A DNA stretch of 64,000 nt from the human T2T-CHM13v2.0 reference genome, Homo sapiens (GCF_009914755.1 NC_060937.1); one strand, 5' to 3'; shown: positions 1-18,000, counted from the stretch's first letter. The notes: generated by a model from the sequence alone, not told the origin. Translations and numbers: made by a program.

Positions 1-3000
1 ACATTATATCCTGTACATAAAATATGAAATTACATCAAATATATATTATATTAGGTACATAAAATATGAAAGTACATCAAATATAAATTATATACTGTAC
101 ATAAAATACCAAAGTACCCCAAATATATATTATATACTGTACATGAAATATCAAAGTACACAAACTATATATTATATACTGTACATAAAATATCAAAGTA
201 CCCAAGGTATATATTCTATACTGTACAAAAAATATCAAAGTACCCAAAGCATGTATTATATACTGTACATAAAATATGAAAGTACATCAAATATATATTT
301 TATTCTGTACATAAAATATCAAAGTACACCAAATATATATTCTATAGTGTACATAAAATATCAAAGTACCCAAACTATACATTATATACTGTACATAAAA
401 TATGAAATTACATCAAATATATATTATATTAGGTACATAAAATATGAAAGTACATCAAATATAGATTACATACGGTACATAAAATACCAAAGTACCCCAA
501 ATATATATTTTATACTGCACATGCAATATCAAACTTCACAAACTCTATATTATATACTGTACATAAAATATCAAAGTACCCAAGGTATATATTCTATACT
601 GTACAAAAAATATCAAAGTACCCAAAACATGTATTACATACTGTTCATAAAATATGAAGGTACATCAAATATATATTTTATTCTGTACATAAAATATCAA
701 AGTACACCAAATATATATTCTATAGTGTACATAAAATATCAAAGTACCCAAACTATACATTATATACTGTACATAAAATATGAAATTACATCAAATATAT
801 ATTATATTAGGTACATAAAATATGAAAGTACATCAAATATATATTATATACTGTACATAAAGTACCAAATTAACCCAAATACATATTATATACTGTACAT
901 GAAATATCAAAGTTCACAAACTATATATTATATACTGTACATAAAATATCAAAGTACCCAAGGTATCTATTCTATACTGTACAAAAAATATCAAAGTACC
1001 CAAAGCATGTATTATATACTGTACATAAAATATGAAAGTACATCAAATATATATTTTATTCTGTACATAAAATATCAAAGTACACCAAATATATATTCTA
1101 TAGTGTACATAAAATATCAAAGTACCCAAACTATACATTATATACTGTACATAAAATATGAAATTACATCAAATATATATTACATTAGCTACATAAAATA
1201 TGAAAGTACATCAAATATAGATTATATACTGTACATAAAATATCAAAGTACCCCAAATATATATTATATACTGTACATGAAATATCAAAGTTCACAAACT
1301 ATATATCGTATACTGTACATAAAATATCAAAGTACCCAAGGTATATATTCTATACTGTACAAAAAATATCAAAGTACCCAAAGCATGTATTATATACTGT
1401 ACATAAAATATGAAAGTACATCAAATATATAATTTACTCTGTACATAAAATATCAAAGTACACTAAATATATATTCTATAGTGTACATAAAATATCAAAG
1501 TACCCAAACTATACATTATATACTGTACATAAAATATGAAATTACATCATATATATATTATATTAGGTACATAAAATATGAAAGTACATCAAATATAGAT
1601 TATATACTGTACATAAAATACCAAAGTACCCCAAATACATATTATATACTGTACATGAAATATCAAAGTTCACAAACTATATATTATATACTGTACATAA
1701 AATATCAAAGTACCCAAGGTATATATTCTATACTGTACAAAAAATATCAAAGTACCCAAAGCAAGTATTATATACTGTACATAAAATATGAAAGTACATC
1801 AAATATATATTTTATTCTGTACATAAAATATCAAAGTACACCAAATATATATTCTATAGTGTACATAAAATATCAAAGTAGCCAAACTATACATTTTAAA
1901 CTGTACATAAAATATGAAATTACATCAAATATACACTATATTATGTACATAAAATATGAAAGTACATTAAATATAGATTATATACTGTACATAAAATACC
2001 AAAGTACCCCAAATATATATTATATACTGTACATGAAATATCAAAGTTCACAAACTATATATTATATACTGTACATAAAATACCAAACTACCCAAGGTAT
2101 ATATTCCATACTGTACAAAAAATATCAAAGTACCCAAAGCATGTATTAAATAGTGTATATAAAATATGAAAGTACATCAAATATATATTTAATTCTGTAC
2201 ATAAAATATCAAAGTAAACCAAATATATATTCTATAGTGTACATAAAATATCAAAGTACCCAAACTATACATTATATACTGTACAGAAAATATGAAATTA
2301 CATCAAATATATATTATATTATGTACATAAAATATGAAAGTACATCAAATATAGATTATATACTGTACATAAAATACCAAAGAACCCCAAATATATATTA
2401 TATACTCTACATGAAATATCAAAGTTCACAAACTATATATTATATACTGTACATAAAATATCAAAGTACCCAAGGTATATATTCTATACTGTACAAAAAA
2501 TATCAAAGTACCCAAAGCATGTATTATATACTGTACATAAAATATGAAAGTACATCAAATATATATTTTGTTCTGTACATAAAATATCAAAGTACACCAA
2601 ATATATATTCTATAGTGCACATTAAATATCAAAGTACCCAAAATATACATTATATACTGTACATAAAATATGAAATTACATCAAATATATATTATATTAG
2701 GTACATAAAATATGAAAGTACATGAAATACATATTATATACTGTACATAAAATACCAAAGTACTCCAAATACATATTATATACTGTACATGAAATATCAA
2801 AGTTCACAAACTATATATTATATACTGTACATAAAAAATCAAAGTACCAAAGGTATATATTCTATACTGTACAACAAATATCAAAGTACCCAAAGCATGT
2901 ATTATATAATGTACATAAAATATGAAAGTACATCAAATATATATTTTATGCTGTACATAAAATATCAAAGTACACCAAATATATATTCTATAGTGTACAT

Positions 3001-6000
3001 AAAATAGCAAAGTACCCAAACTATACATTATATACTGTACATAAAACATGAAATTACATCAAATATATATTATATTAGGTACATAAAATATGAAAGTACA
3101 TCAAATGTAAATTATATACTGTACATAAAATACCAAAGAACCCCAAATATATATTATATACTGTACATGAAATATCAAAGTTCACAAACTATATATTATA
3201 TACTGTACATAAAATATCAAAGTACCCAAGGTATATATTCTATACTGTACAAAAAATATCAAAGTACCCAAAGCAAGTATTATATACGGTACATAAAATA
3301 TGAAAGTACATCAAATATATATTTTATTCTGTACATAAAATATCAAAGTACACCAAATATATATTCTATAGTGTACATAAAATATCAAAGTACCCCAACT
3401 ATACATTATATACTGTACATAAAATATGAAATTACATCAAATATATATTATATTAGGTACATAAAATATGAAAGTACATCAAATATAAATTATATACTGT
3501 ACATAAAATACCAAAGAACCCCCAATATATATTATATACTGTACATACAATATCAAAGTTCACAAACTATATATCATATACTGTACATAAAATATCAAAG
3601 TACCGAAAGTATATATTCTATACTGTACAAAAAATATCAAAGTACCCAAAGCATGTATTATATACTGTACATAAAATATGAAAGTACATCAAATATATAT
3701 TTTATTCTGTACATAAAATATCAAAGTACACCAAATATATATTCTATAGTGTACATAAAATATCAAAGTACCCAAACAATACATTATATCCTGTACATAA
3801 AATATGAAATTACATCAAATATATATTATATTAGGTACATAAAATATGAAAGTACATCAAATATAAATTATATACTGTACATAAAATACCAAAGTACCCC
3901 AAATATATATTATATACTGTACATGAAATATCAAAGTACACAAACTATATATTATATACTGTACATAAAATATCAAAGTACCCAAGGTATATATTCTATA
4001 CTCTACAAAAAATATCAAAGTACCCAAAGCATGTATTATATACGGTACATAAAATATGAAAGTACATCAAATATATATTTAATTCTGTACATAAAATATC
4101 AAAGTACACCAAATATATATTCTATAGTGTACATAAAATATCAAAGTAGCCAAACTATACACTATATACTGTACATAAAATATGAAATTACATCAAATAT
4201 ATATTATATTATGTACATGAAATATGAAAGTACATCAAATATAGATTATATACTGTACATAAAATACCAAAGTACACCAAATATATATTTTATACTGTAC
4301 ATGCAATATCAAAGTTCACAAACTATATATTATATACTGTACATAAAAAATCAAAGTACCCAAGGTATATATTCTATACTGTACAAAAAATATCAAAGTA
4401 CCCAAAACATGTATTACATACTGTTCATAAAATATGAAAGTACATCAAATATATATTTTATTCTGTACATAAAATATCAAAGTACACCAAATATATATTC
4501 TATAGTGTACATAAAATATCAAAGTACCCAAACTATACATTATATACTGTACATAAAATATGAAATTACATCAAATATATATTATATTAGGTACATAAAA
4601 TATGAAAGTACATCAAATATAGATTATACACTGTACATAAAATACCAAAGAATCCCAAATATATATTATATACTGTACATGAAATATCAAAGTTCACAAA
4701 CTACATATTATATACTGTACATAAAATATCAAAGTACCCAAGGTATATATTCTATACTATACAAAAAATATCAAAGTACCCAAAGCATGTATTATATACT
4801 GTTCAAAAAATATGAAAGTACATCAAATATATATGTTATTCTGTACATAAAATATCAAAGTACACAAAATATATATTCTATAGTGTACATAAAATATCAA
4901 ATTACCCAAACTATACATTATATACTGTACATAAAGTATGAAATTACATCAAATATATATTATATTAGGTACATAAAATATGAAAGTACATCAAATATAA
5001 ATTATATACTGTACATAAAATATCAAAGTACCCCCAATATATATTATATACTGTACATGAAATATCAAAGTTCAAAAACTATATATTATATACTGTACAT
5101 AAAATATCAAAGTACACAAGGTATATATTCTATACTGTACAAAAAATATCAAAGTATCCAAAACATGTATTATATACTGTTCATAAAATATCAAAGTACA
5201 TCAAATATATATTTTATTCTGTACATAAAATATCAAAGTACACCAAATATATATTCTATAGTGTACATAAAATATCAAAGTACCCAAACTATACATTATA
5301 TACTGTACATAAAGTATGAAATTACATCAAATATATATTATATTAGGTACATAAAATATGAAAGTACATCAAGTATAGATTATATACTGTACATAAAATA
5401 TCAAAGTACCCCAAATATATATTATATACTGTACATGAAATATCAAAGTTCACAAACTATATATTATATACTGTAAATAAAATATCAAAGTACCCAAGGT
5501 ATATATTCTATACTGTACAAAAAATATCAAAGTACCCAAAGCATGTATTATATACTGTACATAAAATATGAAAGTACATCAAATATATATTTAATTCTGT
5601 ACATAAAATATCAAAGTACACCAAATATATATTCTATAGTGTACATAAAATATCAAAGTACCCAAACTATACATTATATACTGTACATAAAATATGAAAT
5701 TACATCAAATATATATTATATTAGGCACATAAAATATGAAAGAATATCAATTATAGATTATATACTGTACATGAAATACCAAAGTACCCCAAATATATAT
5801 TTTATACTGTACATGCAATATCAAAGTTCACAAACTACATATTATATACTGTACATAAATATCAATGTGCCCAAGGTATATATTCTATGCTGTACAAAAA
5901 ATATCAAAGGACCCAAAGCATGTATTATATACTGTACATAAAATATGAAAGTACATCAAATAAATATTTTATTCTGTACATAAAATATCAAAGTACACCA

Positions 6001-9000
6001 AATACATATTCTATAGTGTACATAAAATATCAAAGTACCCAAACTATACATTATGTACTGTACATAAAATATGAAATTACATCAAATATATACTATATTA
6101 TGTACATAAAATATGAAAGTACATCAAATATAGATTATATACTGTACATAAAATACCAAAGTTCCCCAAACAAATATTTTATACTGTACATGCAATATCA
6201 AAGTTCACAAACTATATATTATATACTGTACATAAAATATCAAAGTACCGAAGGTATATATTCTATACTGTACAAAAAATATCAAAGTACCGAAAGCATG
6301 TATTATATACTGTACATAAAATATGAATGTACATCAAATATATATTTTATTCTGTACATAAAATATCAAAGTACACCAAATATATATTCTATAGTGTACA
6401 TAAAATATCAAAGTACCCAAACCATACATTATATACTGTACATAAAATATGAAATTACATCAAATATATATTATATTAGGTACATAAAATATGAAAGTAC
6501 ATCAAATATAGATTATATAGTGTACATAAAATACCAAAGTACCGCAAATATATATTATATACTGTACATGAAATATCAAAGTTCACAAACTATATATTAT
6601 ATACTGTACATAAAATATCAAAGTACCCAAGGTATATATTCTATACTGTACAAAAAATATCAAAGTACCCAAAGCATGTATTATATACTGTACATAAAAT
6701 ATGAAAGTACATCAAATATATATTTTATTCTGTACATAAAATATCAATGTACACCAAATATATATTCTATAGTGTACATAAAATATCAAAGTACCCAAAC
6801 CATACATTATATACTGTACATAAAATATGAAATTACATCAAATATATATTATATTAGGTACATAAAATATGAAAGTACATCAAATATAGATTATATACTG
6901 TACATAAAATTCCAAATTACCCCAAATACATATTATATACTGTACATGAAATATCAAAGTTCACAAACTATATATTATATACTGTACATAAAATATCAAA
7001 GTACCGAAGGTATATATTCTATCCTGTACAAAAAATATCAAACTACCCAAAGCATGTATTATATACTGTACATAAAATATGAAAGTACATCAAATATATA
7101 TTTTATTCTGTACATAAAATATCAAAGTACACCAAATATATATTCTATAGTGTACATAAAATATCAAAGTACCCAAACTATACATTATATACTGTACATA
7201 AAATATGAAATTACATCAAATATATATTACATTAGCTACATAAAATATGAAAGTACATCAAATATAGATTATATACTGTACATAAAATATCAAAGTACCC
7301 CAAATATATATTATATACTGTACATGAAATATGAAAGTTCACAAACTATATATCGTATACTGTACATAAAATATCAAAGTACCCAAGGTATATATTCTAT
7401 ACTGTACAAAAAATATCAAAGTACCCAAAGCATGTATTATATACTGTACATAAAATATGAAAGTACATCAAATATATAATTTACTCTGTACATAAAATAT
7501 CAAAGTACACTAAATATATATTCTATAGTGTACATAAAATATCAAAGTACCCAAACTATACATTATATACTGTACATAAAATATGAAATTACATCATATA
7601 TATATTATATTAGGTACATAAAATATGAAAGTACATCAAATATAGATTATATACTGTACATAAAATACCAAAGTACCCCAAATACATATTATATACTGTA
7701 CATGAAATATCAAAGTTCACAAACTATATATTATATACTGTACATAAAATATCAAAGTACCCAAGTTATATATTCTATACTGTACAAAAAATATCAAAGT
7801 ACCCAAAGCAAGTATTATATACTGTACATAAAATATGAAAGTACATCAAATATATATTTTATTCTGTACATAAAATATCAAAGTACACCAAATATATATT
7901 CTATAGTGTACATAAAATATCAAAGTACCCAAACTATACATTATATACTTTACATAAAATATGAAATTACATCAAATATATATTATATTAGGTACATAAA
8001 ATATGAAAGTACATCAAATATAAATTATATACTGTACATAAAATACCAAAGTACCCCAAATATATATTATAAACTGTACATGCAATATCAAAGTTCACAA
8101 ACTATATATCATATACTGTACATAAAATATCAAAGTACCGAAGTTATATATTCTATACTGTACAAAAAATATCAAAGTACCCAAAGCATGTATTATATAC
8201 TGTACATAAAATATGAAATTACATCAAATATATATTATATTATGCACATAAAATATGAAAGTACATCAAATATATATTATATACTGTACATAAAATACCA
8301 AAGTACCCCAAATACATATTATATACCGTACATGAAATATCAAAGTTCACAAACTATATATTATATACTGTACATAAAATATCAAAGTACCGAAGGTATA
8401 TATTCTATACTGTACAAAAAATATCAAAGTACCCAAAGCATGTATTATATACTGTACATAAAATATGAAAGTACATCAAATATATATTTTATTCTGTACA
8501 TAAAATATCAAAGTACACCAAATATATATTCTATAGTGTACATAAAATATCAAACTACCCAAACTATACATTATATACTGTACATAAAACATGAAATTAC
8601 ATCCAATATATATTATATTAGGTACATAAAATATGAAAGTACATCAAATATAAATTATATACTGTACATAAAATACCAAAGTACCCCAAATATATATTAT
8701 ATACTGTACATGAAATATCAAAGTTCACAAACTATATATTATATACTGTACATAAAAAATCAAAGTAACCAAGGTATATATTCTATACTGTACAAAAAAT
8801 ATCAAAGTACCCAAAGCATGTATTATATACTGTACATAAAATATGAAAGTACATCAAATATATATTTTATTCTGTACATAAAATATCAAAGTACACTAAA
8901 TATATATTCTATAGTGTACATAAAATATCAAAGTACCCAAACTATACATTATATACTGTACATAAAATATGAAATTACATCAAATATATATTATATTAGG

Positions 9001-12000
9001 TACATAAAATATGAAAGTACATCAAATATAGATTATATACTGTACATAAAATACCAAAGTAACCCAAATACATATTATATACTGTACATGAAATATCAAA
9101 GTTCACAAACTATATATTATATACTGTACATAAAATATAAAAGTACCCAAAGTATATATTCTATACTGTACAAAAAATATCAAAGTACCCAAAGCAAGTA
9201 TTATATACTGTACATAAAATATGAAAGTACATCAAGTATATATTTTATTCTGTACATAAAATATCAAAGTACACCAAATATATATTCTATAGTGTACATA
9301 AAATATCAAAGTTGCCAAACTATACATTTTAAACTGTACATAAAATATAAAATTACATCAAATACACACTATATTATGTACATAAAATATGAAAGTACAT
9401 CAAATATAGATTATATACTGTACATAAAATACCAAAGTACACCAAATATATATTATATACTGTACATGAAATATCAAAGTTCACAAACTATATATTATAT
9501 ACTGTACATAAAATATCAAACTACCCAAGGTATATATTCTATACTGTACAAAAAATATCAAAGTACCCAAAGCATGTATTATATAGTGTATATAAAATAT
9601 GAAAGTACTTCAAATATATATTTAATTCTGTACATAAAATATCAAAGTAAACCAAATATATATTCTATAGTGTACATAAAATATCAAAGTACCCAAACTA
9701 TACATTATATACTGTACAGAAAATATGAAATTACATCAAATATATATTATATTATGTACATAAAATATGAAAGTACATCAAATATAGATTATATACTGTA
9801 CATAAAATACCAAAGAACCCCAAATATATATTATATACTCTACATGAAATATCAAAGTTCACAAACTATATATTATATACTGTACATAAAATATCAAAGT
9901 ACCCAAGGTATATATTCTATACTGTAGAAAAAATATCAAAGTACCCAAAGCATGTATTATATACTGTACATAAAATATGAAAGTACATCAAATATATATT
10001 TTATTCTGTACATAAAATATCAAACTACACCAAATATATATTCTATAGTGTACATTAAATATCAAACTACCCAAACTATACATTATATACTGTACATAAA
10101 ATATGAAATTACATCAAATATATATTATATTAGGTACATAAAATATGAAAGTACATCAAAGATATATTATATACTGTACATAAAATACCAAAGTACCCCA
10201 AATACATATTATATACTGTACATGAAATATCAAAGTTCACAAACTATATATTATATATTGTACATAAAATATCAAAGTACCCAAGGTATATATTCTATAC
10301 TGTACAAAAAATATCAAAGTACCCAAAGCATGTATTATATACTGTACATAAAATATGAAAGTACATGAAATATATATTTTATTCGGTACATAAAATATGA
10401 AAGTACACCAAATATATATTCTACAGTGTACATAAAATATCAAAGTACCCAAACTATACATTATATACTGTACATAAAATATGAAATTACATCAAATATA
10501 TATTATATTAGGTACATAAAATATGAAAGTACATCAAATATAGATTATATACAGTACATAAATTACCAAAGTACCCCAAATATATATTATATACTTTACA
10601 TGCAATATCAAAGTTCACAAACTATATATCTTATACTGTACATAAAATATCAAAGGACCAAAGGTATATATTCTATACTGTACAAAAAATATCAAAGTAC
10701 GCAAAGCATGTATTATATACTGTACATAAAATATGAAAGTACATCAAATATATATTTTATTCTGTACATAAAATATCAAAGTACACCAAATATATATTCT
10801 ACAGTGTACATAAAATATCAAAGTACCCAAACTATACATTATATACTGTACATAAAATATGAAATTACATCAAATATATATTATGTTAGGAACATAAAAT
10901 ATGAAAGTACATGAAATATATATTATATACTGTACATAAAATACCAAAGTACCCCAAATACATATTATATACTGTACATGAAATATCAAAGTTCACAAAC
11001 TATATATTATATACTGTACATAAAAAATCAAAGTACCAAAGGTATATATTCTATACTGTACAACAAATATCAAAGTACCCAAAACATGTATTATATACTG
11101 TACATAAAATATGAAAGTACATCAAATATATATTTTATTCTGTACATAAAATATCAAAGTACACCAAATATATATTCTACAGTGTACATAAAATATCAAA
11201 GTACCCAAACTATACATTATATACTGTACATAAAATATGAAATTACATCAAATATATATTATATTAGGAACATAAAATATGAAAGTACATGAAATATATA
11301 TTATATACTGTACATAAAATACCAAAGTACCCCAAATACATATTATATACTGTACATGAAATATCAAAGTTCACAAACTATATATTATATACTGTACATA
11401 AAAAATCAAAGTACCAAAGGTATATATTCTATACTGTACAACAAATATCAAAGTACCCAAAGCATGTATTATATACTGTACATAAAATATGAAAGTACAT
11501 CAAATATATATTTTATTCTGTACATAAAATATCAAAGTACACCAAATATATATTCTATAGTGTACATAAAATAGCAAAGTACCCAAACTATACATTATAT
11601 ACTGTACATAAAACATGAAATTACATCAAATATATATTATATTAGGTACATAAAATATGAAAGTACATCAAATATAAATTATATACTGTACATAAAATAC
11701 CAAAGAACCCCAAATATATATTATATACTGTACATGAAATATCAAAGTTCACAAACTATATATTATATACTGTACATAAAATATCAAAGTACCCAAGGTA
11801 TATATTCTATACTGTACAAAAAATATCAAAGTACCCAAAGCAAGTATTATATACGGTACATAAAATATGAAAGTACATCAAATATATATTTTATTCTGTA
11901 CATAAAATATGAAAGTACACCAAATATATATTCTATAGTGTACATAAAATATCAAAGTACCCAAACTATACATTATATACTGTACATAAAATATGAAATT

Positions 12001-15000
12001 ACATCAAATATATATTATATTAGGTACATAAAATATTAAAGTACATCAAATATAAATTATATACTGTACATAAAATACCAAAGAACCCCCAATATATATT
12101 ATATACTGTACATGCAATATCAAAGTTCACAAACTATATATCATATACTGTACATAAAATATCAAAGTACCGAAAGTATATATTCTATACTGTACAAAAA
12201 ATATCAAAGTACCCAAAGCATGTATTATATCCTGTACATAAAATATGAAAGTACATCAAATATATATTTTATTCTGTACATAAAATATCAAAGTACACCA
12301 AATATATATTCTATAGTGTACATAAAATATCAAAGTACCCAAACAATACATTATATACTGTACATAAATTATGAAATTACATCAAATATATATTATATTA
12401 GGTACATAAAATATGAAAGTACATCAAATATAAATTATATACTGTACATAAAATACCAAAGTACCCCAAATATATATTATATACTGTACATGCAATATCA
12501 AAGTTCACAAACTATATATCATATACTGTACATAAAATATCAAAGTACTGAAGGTATATATTCTATACTCTACAAAAAATATCAAAGTACCCAAAGCATG
12601 TATTATATACGGTACATAAAATATGAAAGTACATCAAATATATATTTTATTCTGTACATAAAATATCAAAGTACACCAAATATATATTCTATAGTGTACA
12701 TAAAATATCAAAGTACCCAAACTATACATTATAAACTGTACATAAAATATGAAATTACATCAAATATATACTATATTATGTACATAAAATATGAAAGTAC
12801 ATCAAATATAGATTATATACTGTACATAAAATACCAAAGTACCCCAAATTAATATTTTATACTGCACATGCAATATCAAAGTTCACAAACAATATATTAT
12901 ATACTGTACATAAAATATCAAAGTACCGAAGGTATATATTCTATACTGTACAAAAAATATCAAAGTACCCAAAGCATGTATTATATACTGTACATAAAAT
13001 ATGAAAGTACATCAAATATGTATTTTATTCTGTACATAAAATATCAAAGTACACCAAATATATATTCTATAGTGTACATAAAATATCAAAGTACCCAAAC
13101 CATACATTGTATACTGTACATAAAATATGAAATTACATCAAATATATATTATATTAGGTACATAAAATATGAAAGTACATCAAATATAGATTATATAGTG
13201 TACATAAAATACCAAAGTACCCCAAATATATATTATATACTGTACATGAAATATCAAAGTTCACAAACTATATATTATATACTGTACATAAAATATCAAG
13301 GTACCCAAGGTATATATTCTATACTCTACAAAAAATATCAAAGTACCCAAAGCATGTATTATATACTGTACATAAAATAAGAAAGTACATCAAATATATA
13401 TTTAATTCTGTACATAAAATATCAAAGTACACCAAATATATATTCTATAGTGTACATAAAATATCAAAGTACCCAAACTATACATTATATAATGTACATA
13501 AAATATGAAATTACATCAAATATATATTATATTAGGTACATAAAATATGAAAGTACATCAAATATAAATTATATACTGTACATAAAATACCAAAGAACCG
13601 CAAATATATATTATATACTGTACATGAAATATCAAAGTTCACAAACTATATATCATATACTGTACATAAAATATCAAAGTACCGAAGGTACATATTCTAT
13701 ACTGTACAAAAAATATCAAAGTACCCAAAGCATGTATTATATACTGTACATAAAATATGAAAGTACATCAAATATATATTTTATTCTGTACATTAAATAT
13801 CAAAGTACACCAAATATATATTCTATAGTGTACATAAAATATCAAAGTACCCAAACGATACATTATATACTGTAGATAAAATATGAAATTACATCAATTA
13901 TATATTATATTAGGTACATAAAATATGAAAGTACATCAAATATAGATTGTATACTGTGCATAAAATACCAAAGTACCCCAAATACATATTATATACTGTA
14001 CATGAAATATGAAAGTTCACAAACTATATATTATATACTGTACATAAAATATCAAAGTACCCAAGGTATATATTCTATACTGTACAAAAAATATCAAAGT
14101 ACCCAAAGCAAGTATTATATACTGTACATAAAATATGAAAGTACATCAAATATGTATTTTATTCTGTACATATAATATCAAAGTACACCAAATATATATT
14201 CTATAGTGTACATAAAATATCAAAGTACCCAAACTATACATTAGAAACTGTACATAAAGTATGAAATTACATCAAATATATACTATATTATGTACATAAA
14301 ATATGAAAGTACATCAAATATAGATTATATACTGTATGTAAAACACCAAAGTACCCCAAATATATATTTTATACTGTACATGAAATATCAAAGTTCACAA
14401 ACTATATATTATATACTGTACATAAAATACCAAAGTACTGAAGGTATATATTCTATACTGTACAAAAAATATCAAAGTACCCAAAGCATGTATTATATAC
14501 TGTACATAAAATATGAAAGTACATCAAATATATATTTTATTCTGTACAAAAAATATCAAAGTACACCAAATATATATTCTATAGTGTACATTAAATATCA
14601 AAGTACCCAAGCTATACATTATATACTGTACATAAAATATGAAATTACATCAAATATATATTATATTAGGTACATAAAATATGAAAGTACATCAAATATA
14701 CATTATATACTGTACATAAAATACCAAAGTACCCCAAATTCACATTATATACTGTACATGAAATATGAAAGTTCACAAACTATATATTATATACTGTACA
14801 TAAAATATCAAAGTACCCAAGGTATATATTCTATACTGTACAAAAAATATCAAAGTACCCAAAGCATGTATTATATACTGTACATAAAATATGAAAGTAC
14901 ATCAAATATATATTTTATTCTGTACATAAAATATCAAAGTACACCAAATATATATTCTATAGTGTTCATAAAATATCAAAGTACCCAAACTATACATTAT

Positions 15001-18000
15001 ATACTGTACATAAAATATGAAAATACATCAAATATATATTATATTAGGTACATAACATATGAAAGTACATCAAATATAAATTATATACTGTACATAAAAT
15101 ACCAAAGTACCCCAAATATATATTATATACTGTACATGCAATATCAAAGTTCATAAACTATATATCATATACTGTACATAAAATATCAAAGTACCGAAGG
15201 TATATATTCTATGCTGTACAAAAAATATCAAAGTACCCAAAGCATGTATTATATACTGTACATAAAATATGAAAGTACATCAAATATATATTTTATTCTG
15301 TACATAAAATATCAAAGTACACCAAATATATATTCTATAGTGTACATAAAATATCAAAGTACCCAAACTATACATTATATACTGTACATAAAATATGAAA
15401 TTACATCAAATATATATTATATTAGGTACATAAAATATGAAAGTACATCAAATATAAATTATATACTGTACATAAAATACCAAAGTACCCCAAATATATA
15501 TTATATACTGTACATGAAATATCAAAGTTCACAAACTATATATTATATACTGTACATAAAATATCAAAGTACCCAAGGTATATATTCTATACTCTACAAA
15601 AAATATCAAAGTACCCAAAGCATGTATTATATACGGTACATAAAATATGAAAGTACATCAAATATATATTTAATTCTGTACATAAAATATCAAAGTACAC
15701 CAAATATATATTCTATAGTGTACATAAAATATCAAAGTAGCCAAACTATACATTATATACTGTACATAAAATATGAAATTACATCAAATATATATTATAT
15801 TATGTACATAAAATATGAAAGTACATCAAATATAGATTATATACTGTACATAAAATACCAAAGTACACCAAATATATATTTTATACTGTACATGCAATAT
15901 GAAAGTTCACAAACTATATATTATATACTGTACATAAAATATCAAAGTACCCAAGGTATATATTCTATACTGTGCAAAAAATATCAAAGTACCCAAAGCA
16001 TGTATTATATACTGTACATAAAATATGAAAGTACATCAAATATATATTTTATTCGGTACATAAAATATCAAAGTACACTAAATATATATTCTATAGTGTA
16101 CATAAAATATCAAAGTACCCAAACTATACATTATATACTGTACATAAAATATGAAATTACATCAAATATATATTATATTAGGTACATAAAATATGAAAGT
16201 ACATCAAATATAGATTATATACTGTACATAAAATACCAAAGTACCCCAAATACATATTATATACTGTACATGAAATATCAAAGTTCACAAACTATATATT
16301 ATATACTGTACATAAAATATCAAAGTACCCAAGGTATATATTCTATACTGTACAAAAAATATCAAAGTACCCCAAGCAAGTATTATATACTGTACATAAA
16401 ATATGAAAGTACATCAAATATATATTTTATTCTGTACATAAAGTATCAAAGTACACCAAATATGTATCCTATAGTGTACATAAAATATCAAAGTACCCAA
16501 ACTATACATTATATACTGTACATAAAATATGAAATTACATCAAATATATATTATATTAGGTACTTAAAATATGAAAGTACATCAAATATAAATTATATAC
16601 TGTACATAAAGTACCAAAGTACCCCAAATATATATTATATACTGTACATGCAATATCAAAGTTCACAAACTATATATCATATACTGTACACAAAATATCA
16701 AAGTACCGAAGGTATATATTCTATAGTGTACAAAAAATATGAAAGTACGCAAAGCATGTATTATATACTGTACATAAAATATGAAAGTACATCAAATATA
16801 TATTTTATTCTGTACATAAAATATCAAAGTACACCAAATATATATTCTATAGTGTACATAAAATATCAAAGTACCCAAACTATACATTATATACAGTACA
16901 TAAAATATGAAATTACATCAAATATATATTATAATAGGTACATAAAATATGAAAGCACATCAAATATAAATTATATACTGTACATAAAATACCAAAGAAC
17001 CCCAAATATATATTATATACTGTACATGAAATATCAAAGTTCACAAACTATATATTATATACTGTATATAAAATATCAAAGTACCCAAGGTATATATTCT
17101 ATACTGTACAAAAAATATCAAAGTACCCAAAGCATGTATTATATACTGTTCATAAAATATGAAAGTACATCAAATATATATTTTATTCTGTCCATAAAAT
17201 ATCAAAGTACACCAAATATATATTCTATAGTGTACATTAAATATCAAAGTACCCAAACTATACATTATATACTGTACATAAAATATGAAATTACATCAAA
17301 TATATATTATATTAGGTACATAAAATATGAAAGTACATCAAATATAGATTATATACTGTACATAAAATACCAAAGTACCCCAAGTACATATTATATACTG
17401 TACATGAAATATCAAAGTTCACAAGCTATATATTATATACTGCACATAAAATAGCAAAGTACCCAAGGTATATATTCTATACTGTACAAAAAATATAAAA
17501 GTACCCAAAACATGTATTATATACTGTACATAAAATATGAAAGTACATCAAATATATATTTTATTCTGTACATAAAATATCAAAGTACACCAAATATATA
17601 TTCTATAGTGTACATAAAATATCAAATTACCCAAACTATACATTATATACTGTACATAAAATGTGAAATTACATCAAATATATATTATATTAGGTACATA
17701 AAATATGAAAGTACATCAAATATAAATTATATACTGTACATAAAATATCAAAGTACCTCAAATATATAGTATATACTGTACATGAAATATCAAAGTTCAC
17801 AAGCTATATATTATATACTGCACATAAAATAGCAAAGTACCCAAGGTATATATTCTATACTGTACAAAAAATATAAAAGTACCTAAAACATGTATTATAT
17901 ACTGTACATAAAATATGAAAGTACATCAAATATATATTTTATTCTGTACATAAAATATCAAAGTACACCAAATATATATTCTATAGTGTACATAAAATAT

